From positions 66,768,862-66,832,861 of the forward strand of contig NC_090399.1 in NCBI RefSeq assembly GCF_036365525.1: a stretch of DNA of 64,000 nt, read 5' to 3'. Positions 48,720 through 60,514 of this stretch are shown piece after piece; positions within the stretch are counted from its first letter, which is position 1, and every line of letters begins with the position of its first letter. The position numbers and the translations under genes are program-made. A model generated the notes under the pieces. The model made no database searches. It was not told where the DNA came from and saw nothing but the letters and a program-made list of their open reading frames with translations. Source of the DNA: Heterodontus francisci (lineage: Eukaryota).

Positions 48720-50335
48720 AGGAAGATGCTTCTCAAAACTCCTGGAATTCTTTGAGGAGGTATAGACATGGTGATGAAGGAAATGTGGTGAATGTAGTGT
48801 ACATGGACTTTTGAAAAGCCTTTGACAAGCTGACATAGAGATGACTAAATGAGCACTTTACATCTGCCTTCACAAAAGGAGAGGATGCTGCCAATATCAC
48901 AGTAAAGTAGGATATGATGAACAGAATAGAAATAAAGAGGAGATTATTAAATAGTTGGTCGGGCACAAAGTAGAAAAGTCTGCTGGTCTAGATGGAATGC
49001 ATGATGGATTATTGAGGGAAGTAAGGTTGGAAATTGAGGATGTTCTGACCACAATCTTCCAATCCTCTTCGGATATGGGAGTGATGCCAGAGGACTGGAG
49101 AATTATAAATGTTACATCCCTATTCAAAATGATGAGAGGGATAAACCTGGTAACTACAAACCAGTCAGTTTAGCTTTAGTGATGTGGAAACATCTTGATA
49201 TGATAATGAAAGAAAAAATATAGTCACTTACAAAATATATAATAAATGACATCCAGCTATTGTGTGTATGAACTTTCAAAGGGCCACATAATTTTAATTA
49301 GCAAGATTGAAGCCCATGGGATTAAAAGGACAGAGACTGCATGGAGATGAAATTGGCTAAGAGAAAAGGTGGAATAGTGCTGAACGCTTGTTAGAAGATT
49401 GGAACAGACTTCAGGAGGATCTAGACTGGTAAAATGGACAGATACATGGAGCTGAAATTCAATTCAGATGTGTGAGATGTTACATTTTGGTCGGAAGACT
49501 GAGGAAAACATCCTGGGAGTTGCCATTGACCAGAAACTTAACTGGAGCAGCCATATAAGTGCCTACAAGAGCAGGTCAGAGGCTGGGAATTCAGTGGTGA
49601 GTAACTCACTTCCTGACTCCCCAAAGCCTGTCCACAAGGCACAAGTCAGGAGTGTGATGGAATACTCTCCACTTTCCTGGATGGGTGCAGCTCCAACAAC
49701 ACTCAAGAAGCTCAGCACCATCCAGGACAAAGCAGCCAGCTTGATTGGCACCCCATCGACAAACATTCACTCCCTCCACCACCGACGCACAGTGGAAGCA
49801 GTGTGTACCATCTACAAGATGCACTGCAGCAACTCACCAAGACTCTTCCGACAGCACTTTCCAAACCTGCGATCTCTACTACCAAGAAGAACAAAGGCAT
49901 AAAATCACCACCTCCAAGTCACACACTATCCTGACTTTGAACAATATCGCTGTTCCTCGCTGTCACTGAATCAAAATCCTGGAACTCCCTTCCAAACAGC
50001 ACTGTGGGTGCACCTACCCCACACAGACTGCAGTGGTTCAAGAAGGCACCTCACCACCACCTTCTCAAGGGCAATTAGGGATGGGCAATAAATGCTGTCC
50101 TGGTCAGTGACGCCCACATCCCATGAATGAATAAAAAACAGCAATATGAACGAAAAGGTACAATTTTAAAGGGGCTGCAGGTACAGAGACCTGGGGTACA
50201 AATCTTTGAAGATGGCAGGACAAGTTGATCAGGCTGTTTTTAACAAATGTTTATGTGATCCTGGGCTTTATAAACAGAGGCATAGACTCCAAAATCAATC
50301 AAGTTCTGTTAAACCTTTATAAACTACTGGTTCAG
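48720..50335 (+). mobile_element. Heavily degraded CR1 fragments
   Basis: Remnants of VYMDF.KAFDK, KSAGLDGMH, MPEDWRIINVTSLFK and KC..LHFG-like motifs, partly out of order. Confidence 0.65.
49508..50138 (+). mobile_element. Second copy of the L2/CR1-group LINE 3' end
   Basis: Homologous to ~47540-48219 (AQVRSVMEYSPLSWMGA, IQDKAA) with the same ATGAATGAATAAAAAA tail. Confidence 0.82.
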
Positions 50336-50430
50336 CAAATTACAGGCTTCCCTTGTGTCAGGGGTGTTCAGACCGAGGTCACCCATCAATGATTCATCTT
50401 GACAATCCCAATTGGGTTTGACAAGCTTTT

Positions 50431-53400
50431 AGAGTCATAGAGTTATACAACACAGAAACAGGTTCTTCGGCCCATCATGTCTGTGCCAGCCATCAAGCAC
50501 CGAACTGTTCTAATTCCATTTTCCAGCACTTGGCCCGTAGCCTTGTATGCTGTGATGTTTCAAGTGCTCATCTAACTACTTCTTAAATGTTGTGAGGGTT
50601 CCTGCCTCTAACACCTCTTCAGGCAGTGGGTTCCAGATTCCAACCACCCTCTGGGTGAAATTTTTTTCCTCCAATCCCCTCTAAACCTCCTGCACCTTAC
50701 CTTAAATCTATGCCCCCTGGTTATTGATCCCGCCGCTAAGGGAAAAAGTCTCTTCCTATCTAACCTATCAATGCCCCTCAAAATTTTGTAGACCGCAATC
50801 ATGTCCCTCCTCAGCCTTCTCTGCTCTAAGGAAAACAACCCTAGCCTATTCAGTCTCTCTTCATAGCTGAAATGCTCCAGCCCAGGTAACATCCTGGTGA
50901 ATCTCCTCTGCACCCTCTCCAGTGCCATCACATCCTTCCCATAGTGTGGTGACCAGAACTGTACACAGTACTCCAGCTGTGGCCTAACTAGCATTTCATA
51001 CAGCTCCATCACAACCTCCCTGCTCTTATATTCTATGCCTCGGCTAATAAAGGCAAGTATCCCATATGTCTTCCTAACCACCTTATCTACCTGTGCTGCT
51101 GCCTTCAGTGATCTATGGAAAAGTACAGCAAGGTCCCTCTGACCCTCTGTACTTCCTACGGTCCTACCATCCATTGTCTATTCCCTTGCCTTGTTAGTCC
51201 TTCCAAAATGTATCACCTCACACTTCTCAGGATTAAATTCCATTTGCCACTGCTCCGCCCATCTTCCCAGCCCATCAATATCGTCCTGTAATCTAAGGCT
51301 TTCCTCCTCACTATTTACAACACCACCAATTTTCGTGTCATCTGTGAACTTACTGATCATACTTCCTATATCCACGACTAAATCATTAATGTACACTACA
51401 AACAGCAAGGGTCCCAGCACCGATCCCTGTGGTACTCCACTGGTCACAGGCTTCCACTCGCAAAAACAAGTCTCGACCATTACCCTCTGCCTCCTGCCAC
51501 TAAGCCCATTTTGGATCCAATTTGCCAAATTGCCTTGGATCCCATGGGCTCTAACCTTCTTAACCAATCTCCTATGCGGGATCTTATCAAAAGCCTTACT
51601 GAAGTCCATGTAGACTACATCAACTGCTTTACCCTCATCTACACATCTAGTCACTGTCTCAAAAAATTCAATCAAGTTAGTTAGACATGATCTCCCCCTG
51701 ACAATGCCGTGTTGACTATCCCTGATTAATTCCTGCCTCTCCAAGTGGAGATTAATCCTGCCCCTCAGAATTTTTCTGATAGTTTCCTGACTTTAATGTT
51801 AGACTCAATGGCCTGTAATTACCTGGTTTATTCCTGCTACCCTTCTTGGATAATGGTACCACATTCGCTGTCCTCCAGTCCTCTGGCATCTCTCCTGTGG
51901 TCAGAGAGGATTTGAAAATTTGTGTCAGAACCCCTGCTAGCTCCTCCCTTGCTTCACATAACAGCCTGGGATACATCTCATCTGGGCTTGGGGATTTATC
52001 TAATTTAAGCCCGCTAAAACAGCTAATACTTCCTCCCTTTCAATGCTAATATGTTCAAGTATATCACAATCCCCCTCCCTGATCTCCACACCAACATCGT
52101 CCTTCTCCATAGTGAACACAGATGAAAAGTAATCATTTAAAACCTCACCGATATCCTCCGGCTCTACGCACACATTGCCACTTTGGTCTCTAATGGGCCC
52201 TACTCTTTCCCTGCTTATCCTCTTGCCCTTGAGCAAGAGAGTAACCAGGGAAAGGGTTGGGCCACTTAAGAACACAGGAGGGAATCTATGTGTGGAGCCA
52301 GAGGAAATGGGCGAGGTACTAAATGAGTACTTTGCATCAGTATTCACCAAAGAAAATGACTTGGTGGATGATGAGTCTAGGGAAGGGAGTGTAGATAGTC
52401 TGGGTCATGTCGTTATCAAAACGGAGGAGGTGTTGGGTGTCTTGCAAAGCCTTAAGGTAGATAAGTCCCCAGGGCCTGATGGGATTTACCCCAGAATACT
52501 GAGGTAGGCAAGGGAAGAAATTGCCGGGGTCTTAACAGAAATTTTGGTATCCTCATTGGCTACAGATGAGGTCCCAGAGGACTGGAGAATAGCCAAAGTT
52601 GTTCCTTTGTTTAAGAAGGGTAGCAAGGATAATCCAGGAAATTATAGGCCGGTGAGCTTTACGTCAGTGGTCGGGAAATTATTAGAGAGGATTCGTCGGG
52701 ACAGGATTTACTCCCATTTGGAAACAAACGAACTTATTAGCGAGATGCAGCACAGTTTTGTGAAGGGGAGGTCGTGTCTCACTAACTTGATTGAGTTTTT
52801 TGAGGAAGTGACGAAGATGATTGATGAAGGAAGGGCAGTGGATGCTGTCTATATGGACTTCAGTAAAGCCTTTGACAAGGTCCCTCATGGCAGACTGGTA
52901 CAAAAGGTGAAGTCACACGGGATCAGAGGTGAGCTGGCAAGATGGATACAGAACTGGCTCGGTCATAGAAAACAGAGGGTAGCAGTGGAAGGGTGCTTTT
53001 CTGAATGGAGGGCTGTGACTAGTGGTGTTCTGCAGGGATCAGTGCTGGGATCTTTGCTGTTTGTAGTATATATAAATGATTTGGAGGAAAATGTAGCTGG
53101 TCTGATTAGTAAGTTTGCGGACGACACAAAGGTTGATGGAGTTGCGGATCGTGATGAGGATTGTTAGAGGATACAGCAGGATATAGATCGGTTGGAGACT
53201 TGGGTGGAGAAATGGCAGATGGAGTTTAATCCGGACAAATGTGAGGTAATGCATTTTGGAAGATCTAATACAGATGGAAGTATACAGTAAATGGTAGAAC
53301 CCTTAGGAGTATTGACAGGCAGAGAGATCTGGGCGTACAGGTTCACAGGTCACTGAAAGTGGCAACGCAGGTGGATAAGGTAGTCAAGAAGGCATACGTC

Positions 53401-54125
53401 ATGCTTGCCTTCATCGGTCGGGGCACAGAGTATAAAAATTGGCAAGTCATGCTGCAGCTGTACAGAATTTTAGTTAGGCCACTTAGAATATTGCGTGCAA
53501 TTCTGGTCGCCACACTGCCAGAAGGACGTGGAGGCTTTGGAGAGGGTACAGAAGAGGTTTACCAGGATGTTGCCTGGTCTGGAGGGCATTAGCTATGAGG
53601 AGAGGTTGGATAAACTCAGATTGTTTTCACTGGAACGATGGAGGTGGAGGGGTGACGTGATAGAGGTTTACAAAGTTATGAGCGGAATGGACAGAGTGGA
53701 GAGTCATAAGCTTTTTCCCAGGGTGGAAGAGTCAGTTACTAGGGGACATAGGTTTAAGGTGCGAGGGGCAAAGTTTATGGGGGATGTGCGAGGCAAGTTT
53801 TTTACACAGAGGGTGGTGAGTGACTGGAACTTGCTGCCGGGGAAGGTGGTGGAAGCAGGTATGATAATGACGTTGAAGAGGCATCTTGACAAATACATGA
53901 ATAGGATGGGATTAGAGGGATATGGATCCCGGAAGTGCAGAATGTTTTAGTTTAGAAAGGCATCAAGATCGGCGCAGGCTTGGAGGGCCAAATGGCCTGT
54001 TACTGTGCTGTACTGTTCTTTGTTAAGATTTATAAAACGCCTTAGGACTTTCCTTTATCTTACCCGCCAGTGTTTTCTTATGTCCCCTCTTCGCTCTTCT
54101 AATTACTATTTGAAGTGCCCCTTTA
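50431..54125 (-). mobile_element. CR1 LINE (RT region to 3' tail; segments 50431-52230 and 54025-54125) interrupted by a + strand CR1
   Basis: ORFs 51178-51744 (QHG, DFSKAFD, GVPQGSVLGP, FTDD) and 50608-51174 (VRPQLEYCVQFW). The segment at 54025-54100 reads IRRAKRGHKKTLAGKIKESPKAFYK on the minus strand, collinear with KGKRISRER at 52230. Confidence 0.9.
52231..54024 (+). mobile_element. CR1 LINE, 5'-truncated, from a different subfamily
   Basis: Motifs KSPGPDGIYPRIL, NYRPVS, DFSKAFDKVPH, QGSVLG, FADDTK and FFTQRVVSDWN, with a TGTTCTTTGTT tail and several stops/frameshifts. Confidence 0.92.
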
Positions 54126-54187
54126 TTATAACATTGGCAGATTCAATCATGCAGACAGTATTCAAGAAAAAATTAAGAGAAGAAATA

Positions 54188-54920
54188 GGCTGGAATTTTA
54201 TGTTGGGGTGGTGGCCTCACTCACTGACTAAAAAGCCGGGCCTGGAAGCCACAGATCAATTTTACATGGCCCAGGTCCTTAATTGGCCTCGGTCAGGATC
54301 TCTGCACCTCTGAGGCAGGATGACCCGCCTCCTAGATCTGACGGCCAATTAGAAGGCTGGCAGCTCTTTGGTCCCGGGAGCGGTGGCCACTGCTGGGGCT
54401 GCACCAAGCCAGAAGAGGACGATGGACATCACCCTTCAGGAAGCTAAGAAGGTCTCGGACCTCGCTGGGGACAATCAGCTGGGCCCAGGCGAGGGTGGAG
54501 GGAGTCCACGAGCACCGCAGGCGGTGAAGTGGAGGGGGGGGGGTGGCGGGTGAGCAAGTATTAAAGGGGAAGGTCGGGGCTTTTGGGGATTGGGGGAGGG
54601 CCCTCCATGGGGCACAGGATGCCCGATCAGGAGGGCCACAACCCCCCACCTTGCCTGCAAGGAGGTTGCCAGGTATTACTGGGTGACCTCCTCAGGTTCC
54701 GAAGTGCCCGTCTGCCGCTGGTAATATACCAGCAGCAGTGGATGAAGGCCCTTAGGTGGCTGTTTACCACCTTTCCTGCTGCTGGTAAAATAGCAGTGGG
54801 AGCAGGTAGGTGACGGACACTGCGCCCTCCACCTCCAGCTTGATTTTGCGCTCCCCCCATCATCACCACCTCCTCGCCCATTCCTGGGGGTTGGTGGGGA
54901 GGGTGCTTAAAATTTCAGCC
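54188..54920. mobile_element. Non-autonomous DNA transposon (MITE-like; possibly PIF/Harbinger)
   Basis: Terminal inverted repeats GGCTGGAATTTTA (54188-54200) and TAAAATTTCAGCC (54908-20), 12/13 match, around a GC-rich non-coding interior. Confidence 0.6.
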
Positions 54921-54923
54921 CTA

Positions 54924-54990
54924 GAAACAGAAAAAGCTGGAAATATACAACAGGTCTGGCAGCATCTGTGGAGAGAGAAACAGAGTTAAC
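54924..54990 (-). mobile_element. PLE extreme 3'-end fragment
   Basis: GGTCTGGCAGCATCTGTGGAGAGAGAAACAGAGTTAAC matches the reverse complement of ~36611-36650. Confidence 0.8.
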
Positions 54991-55430
54991 TGTTATGAAC
55001 TCACAGGACCACACTTGCTTGTACTGTGTCTTTATTGAACTGAACTTGTGATGGCTGCCTGTCGTGAGTGCCTCATGGTAGAGGTCACATGACTAAGGCA
55101 AGCCAGGAGGCACATTAGTACAGTATTGCATTTCTAACCCAAACATCTCCCTTTTCATACTAAAAAAACCAAAAAATTGCCCAAGTTACCCACAATGCAC
55201 ACAACTGTTCTCATGCATTACAGTTCGTCATTCTTGGCGGTCTCTGCACATGCATCGCACCCCTAGTCAGTACATTGTGTCGGTCTGTTAATGGTGCACG
55301 TGCCCGTTGTCATTCGGCTGTTCATCTGGTTGATTTTCCTTCTCCAGCGAGTGTCATTCCCTTGTCACTTGTTGCCACGGTAACTGTTGTTGTTTCATTT
55401 CTCTTGAAAAGGTGGACTGTTTCTCAGCTG
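54991..55430 (-). mobile_element. Gypsy-like LTR retrotransposon 3' end: 155-bp LTR (54991-55145), polypurine tract and a short internal remnant
   Basis: On the minus strand, PPT AAAAGGGAGA (55146-55) abuts TGTTTGGG...CATAACA, with AATAAA inside the LTR. An upstream RPPRMTNL*-like sequence resembles an integrase C-terminus. Confidence 0.6.
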
Positions 55431-56258
55431 GTATTGACGCGATGGGCCAAGTGGCCTCTTTCTGTGCCTTAAACTTTCTATGATGCTATGAAATTGAAAT
55501 TGGAGTTTTTGTAGCTCAGGATGATTGGTTGAAGCTGCCCTGTGGCCAGGCTGGGATTCTGTAGCTGTGGAATTGTGACCTTTGCTCCCACTGCTCTTTG
55601 CCTGCCCGAGTTTGAAAGTCCAGTTCTTATCGCAATGTTGCTGAGAGTCTGAGCTGTGCTTCTGTCATCTCAAGCCTTCATTTCACCAACACTGTGAGAA
55701 CAGAATTTTTAAGAACAGAATTTTATGGGAACATTTAAGATGAAATAATTAATCAATCATGTATTGCTAACAAACTAACTTTTAGAGCATCAGCAGGCAG
55801 CTTATCAGAAATTAATCGTAGCTCTTTCAGTGCTGTAGGGACAGCTTATCAGTAGGAGTAGAAGGAGTAGACTAGCAAGCAAGATTCACAGGACAGCTGT
55901 AAGCTTCTTCATAAAAGCCTATATTGTACTACAGTTCAAAAACAGATAAGAGCCATGAGAAAATGAAGTAAGAAGTTAAAAACACATTGACAAGGCAGGA
56001 CCCCAATCAGGCCCTGACACCAAGAAACTGCAGAGTTTGTAAACCAATTGGGAACTTAAAGGGGGTGTCACTGATGTGTATGAAGAACTATAAGAAAAGC
56101 TTGATTTCCTTGCACCACCACGGAGGAGAAAGGTGGAGGCAAAGGTGTTGTTGCAATTTGCTTTGCTGATGATGTAACCAAGAAGTACTGCAATAAAGTT
56201 TCTTAAAGCTACAGTCGGACTTCGTCTCTCTTTGTGCAACTAATGGGATCCAACAACT

Positions 56259-56276
56259 CGGCGTAGTCGGCAGGAT
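56259..56276 (+). promoter_or_regulatory. Primer-binding site complementary to the tRNA-Ser 3' end
   Basis: CGGCGTAGTCGGCAGGAT versus the expected TGGCGTAGTCGGCAGGAT (17/18), 3 nt after the LTR-terminal CA. Confidence 0.85.
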
Positions 56277-58347
56277 CGCTGGAGGATAAAGACCGAAGCA
56301 ACAGAGATCGGACCTATATTGGCACCCCAGAGGTAAGGACTCCTCTTTATGTTCAACGTCCTTGGTCGTTGTCTAAATTTCGGTTACCTGCCACGCGATC
56401 CCGAACTTGGCAGCATTTGACGGAAATACCCTTTCTTGTGCGGCTCGAGAACCCCTTTCTAGACGTCTAACTTGGCGGTATTTGACGAAATACCTACTTG
56501 GCGAAAAACCTGACCGCTCGAGACCTAATTCCTTACCTGAATGGATAAAATGACAGACGAAGGCAACCGACAGTTACCAACTGCTGACAAAGGTGGGTGG
56601 GCCCCACCTGATGTTCCCGAAGATGAAATACTTCGGCAGTTGAAAGAATATGTAGAGCAACAGTTTAATTTGGCTAAAACATACACTGAAATTGAACAAA
56701 AATATGGCACCTCCACGGGACAGTGGTCCCTGGAAGATATAAAGAGAGTTTGGGTAAGGATAAAGAACGGACCCAATGGTCCTTGGCTACTAAAAGGCAG
56801 AAGGCTCCATGACAAAGTTTATGGCAGAGTGATATAAAAGACTATGTTTTAGAGTAAAAACAAGTTACTGTGTCTTTGATTTGAATGTGTGAATGTTGGA
56901 AGCTTCCACGAATGAATTGAATGTCTGGGATGTACAGCTTGTGTTCTGTACAACTTGTGTTCTGTAGAACCGACTGTCGTTAACTCTTTGTTGTCTGGCT
57001 TTAATGTTGAAAGCATGGATATTTTAAGTTAAAGTTTTAATTTTATTTTAAAAGTTGGTTTTGCAACCAACTTTGTGAAAAGGCAAGGAAAAATTTCCTA
57101 AGAGATAAGCTTCAGCCTTGAAGGTCTGAAGGTGTCTGGCAAAAATCCAATTTGAAGTTTAAAACACTGCTTTAATTGGAAACTCTGCTATTGCTTTATT
57201 TTGCAGTCTAAAATTGAAGACATATTTTACTGACTGTATTTAAGTAGCAAATGTCAGGAATTGGATATTGGTTCAAGGGAGAGAAGGATAAACAAAGGAA
57301 ATATAGGAAAGATTCTGTCTGTTTAAAGTTTGTGTAAGGAGTTGGTGTTAAATCATTTGTGTTAAGAATGTTAAATAACTTTTCCTTTAGTTTTTGGTTT
57401 TATTACAGGCATTTGAAAAGGAGCCTGAAGAACAAGGAAAACAAAGCACATGCTATTCTGTTCTGTGTATAGTTAATAAGTATTGCAAGTTAATCAGTCT
57501 GTGTTAAGTTTATACGATTAAGGTTAATTGACCTGTTAAGTTGAAAAACTGGAAATTTCATTTGTGACCACAATGAACTTTCAAGTTTATTATGTCATGT
57601 TTTGGAGGAGTCTTCAATTCCGGACACAAGACTCGTTCATATAACATTGGCAGTTTTGATTTTTAAATATTTATTGCAGTGAATTGGAATTTGGAAGCAT
57701 CTTTGTTATAAAAAAAAATCCTGGCATTAGGAACCTCTTAGAAAAGATGCTAAAAATTTGTAAACAATTGCAGTTTGATCTAAAATGCTGTCTTTCCTGA
57801 TGGAGATGCTTTCCTTTGAAGTTGATAATGTTACTAATGATTTTGTTGTTTTCAAACCCTAAGGATACCAAAAGGATTGAAAACAGTTGAAAATGGAGTA
57901 GTTCTTTTCGATCAGGAAAAAAGGTTACGTAAAGTGACGCAGCTGATAACAGATATAAGTGGACAAATTAACCCATTGGGCTCAGGGGCAGAGCCACAAT
58001 GGATTCTTTGTGTTTTTTTAAGCAGGTGACGGCAGGTTCCAAGGCCATGTGAGAACTGATGCCACAGCAAGAGATACAGCAGCTTTGAGAATTTAAGAAC
58101 TGAATTGTAGACATCAAATGCCACAGCATCTTTATCAATGAGCCAAAGTGCTTGAGAAGGAGAGATAGTTGCAAACACTTCTGTCTTTAACGTACAAAAA
58201 GTACAACCAAGTCTGGGCATAAGAAATTGGAATCAATAAACAAAATTTAATTGATATGAGTAGTTATTTAAAGCACTCAAAGGGAAATTTATCTGATATT
58301 TAAGAGGACAATCCCAAAGTTTTAGAAAGTAAAAAACAAAACAGTCT

Positions 58348-58670
58348 AAGTGGTTTACTGTGTTGGATATTAGCAATGGGTTCTGGTCCATACCGCTGGC
58401 ACAAGAGTGTCAAAATAAATTTGCGATTACGTTCCAGGGACAACAGTACATCTGGACGTGTCTCTCCCAGGGATTTTATAATAATTGATCGATATTCCGC
58501 CTTCCTCCAGAAGGTCAGAGTGAAAGTTAAGCTGAAAAAGGCACAGATAATGAAGGAAAAGGTTTCTTATTTGGGAATAGTAGTAACACAGGGAAAGCAT
58601 GAGTCAGAGCAAAAGTGAGTGCAGCCAATCCTCGAACTCCCCCTAGCGCAAGATATTAAAGCTCTAAGAT
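58348..58670 (+). pseudogene. Retroviral pol (RT) fragment with the YXDD region deleted
   Basis: Manual translation gives KWFTVLDISNGFWSIPLAQECQNKFAITFQGQQYIWTCLSQGFYNN*, then KVKLKKAQIMKEKVSYLGIVV in another frame. Confidence 0.82.
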
Positions 58671-59469
58671 AAAAAAGGACTGCACACGAAAGGGATCTGA
58701 AATCGTGGGATGTTGCTGTGTCCAGTTGTTGAAAGGTCAGAGGTGAGGCTGGCGGCAGAGATGGGAAGCTGGCAGCAGCTGTGCATGAGAGTCTGAAACT
58801 ATGAGTCAGACAGAAGCCCAGGGAAGAGAGAGAGAGAGAGACACACACACAGGCCAGTGACTGCTGTGAGCGGTGTGGGAGAACTTGACAGTAGTGGCAG
58901 CTCTTGAAGGATGGGGATGGAGGAGGGGGTGTGTGATCCAGGCCAGTGTCTGTGACCTGGCCAGAAGTAGCGAGCTGTTAATGGATTATTCAGCTGTCCA
59001 GAGTAGGAAGGCCCTGCACCCTGTCCTGTGTCTGTGCTTAGTTTAACCGAGCTCTGCAAGGGCCCCCAGTCGGCTTCATTGTCCAAATGAGCTAATGAGT
59101 GGAAAGGTCAGTCAGAGTTTCTGCTCCTGAATTGCTGTCTAGTGAATTCTACTGGGACGTGCACAGAGGTACAGGTTCCTGTGTGTGCATGCATGCTCGG
59201 CCAGCTTTTGGGCAGAGGGATCGCGAAGCGTGATCACCCTGTGCCCTGGTCCCTTTGAGGCAGGTAGTGTATAAACCAGTGCTGCCTCCCTATTTCAATG
59301 ATTTCAGTGTGCAGCCTTTGGCAGAACGCACTAATGACTGGCTGTACACTCAATGGGGGTGGGTGGGGGCGGCGGCAGCCTGTTCCTCTTAAAGGGGAGC
59401 TGCAGTCATTATACAGAAGTTGCTTTAGTCTGTGTGTGGAAGGCTTGGGTAGAAGGAGAATCACAGCAA

Positions 59470-59625
59470 ATGGAGCAACAGGCAAGAGAGATGGCTCCTA
59501 GAATTTCCGCCGCGGTGCTGGAGGAACTAGTCCAGGAGGTGAAAGGGAGCAGAAAGCCACTGTCTTCATAGGGAGCCAGGAGACCCTCTGAGCACGCCCT
59601 GAGTAGCGAATGGGAGCAGTGGTCA
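59470..59625 (+). pseudogene. Degenerate Myb/SANT-like DNA-binding ORF start, typical of PIF/Harbinger transposons
   Basis: MEQQAREMAPRISAAVLEELVQEVKGSRKPL* followed by EWEQ resembles the R.PRF...ELE.LV.EV...W pattern. Confidence 0.5.
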
Positions 59626-59953
59626 GGGAGGACAATTCACGAGTCTGGCTCCTGAGGGCCTGGCTGCATGTGGGCCCAGCCAGCTGCCATCCAGGTTCAG
59701 ACTGCTGACATCATGTCTGTGGGTACCAGTGCTCAAAGGGGCACACAGACTCTCAGAGCAGTGCAGCAATCTCTCCTCCAGCAGATTCCTCGGAATGGTG
59801 AGGTGCCACCCTGTGGGATGGCAGTGACAGACACCAGCTATCCTCTCTCTGCAGGACAGCATTCGTCTTCCCAGCACTGCCACTTTCAGCCAGCCAACCC
59901 AGACTGCTGCTGCCCATGCTGAGGTGGTACAGCCTGATTTCAGGCCTGTGTGT

Positions 59954-60380
59954 GTGCCAGCTGTGGCTCAGTGGGTAATGCTCTTTCTTCTGTCTCAGAA
60001 TGTTGTGGGTTCAAACCCCACCCCAGGATTTGAATGCAAGATCCAGGCTGGGAGTCCTGCACTGTCACAGGTGCTGTCTTTCCAATGAGGTGTTAAACTG
60101 AGACCTGGCCTGTTCTCTCAGGAGGATGTAAAAGATCCCGTGGTGTTAATCTGAAGAAGATTAAGGAAGTTCTCCCCAGTGTCCTGGTCAATATTTATCC
60201 CTCAATCAACATCACAAGAACAGATTATCACATCATTTTAACATCGCTATTTTTGGGATCTTGCTGTGCACATACTGGTTGCTGTCTTTCCAACATTGGT
60301 GACTACTCCAAAAATACTTCATTGGCAGTAAAACGCTTTGAGCTGTACTGAGGTAGTGATAGGTACTACATAAATGTAAG
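59954..60380 (+). mobile_element. tRNA-derived Deu-domain SINE (SacSINE1-like)
   Basis: A-box TGGCTCAGTGG, B-box GGTTCAAACC, Deu core GTGCTGTCTTTC..ATGAG..GTTAAAC.GAG...GTAAAAGATCCC and an L2-type 3' end AAACGCTTTG...ATAAATGTAAG. Confidence 0.8.
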
Positions 60381-60514
60381 CTGTACTGTTCTATATTGAT
60401 CGGTGGGACATGATGGAATAACTGTGATGTCCGGGTGATATTTTAGAGAAAGTGGACTCTCAGAATCTGCTCCTGTACGGCCCATCAGGACAGAGGTCCT
60501 GGATACTTCCAACC

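Larger units (their letters stand above)
55693..58680 (+). mobile_element. ERV-like relic: 5' LTR (55693-56255), tRNA-Ser PBS, short gag-position ORF and RT fragment
   Basis: TG...CA LTR with AATAAA at 56192-97, PBS at 56259-76, AG|GTAAG donor at 56333, a 98-aa ORF at 56541-56837 and RT motifs at 58348-58485. No 3' LTR was seen. Confidence 0.8.

Noticed and set aside
50431-54024. Single CR1 with a classical twin-priming inversion, or an assembly fold-back
   Set aside because: The arms cover the same region, each has its own 3' tail, they are substantially diverged, and the host copy continues past the insert.
58990-59240. Possible additional old SINE fragment
   Set aside because: Only a vague resemblance, with no clear boxes, tail or TSD.
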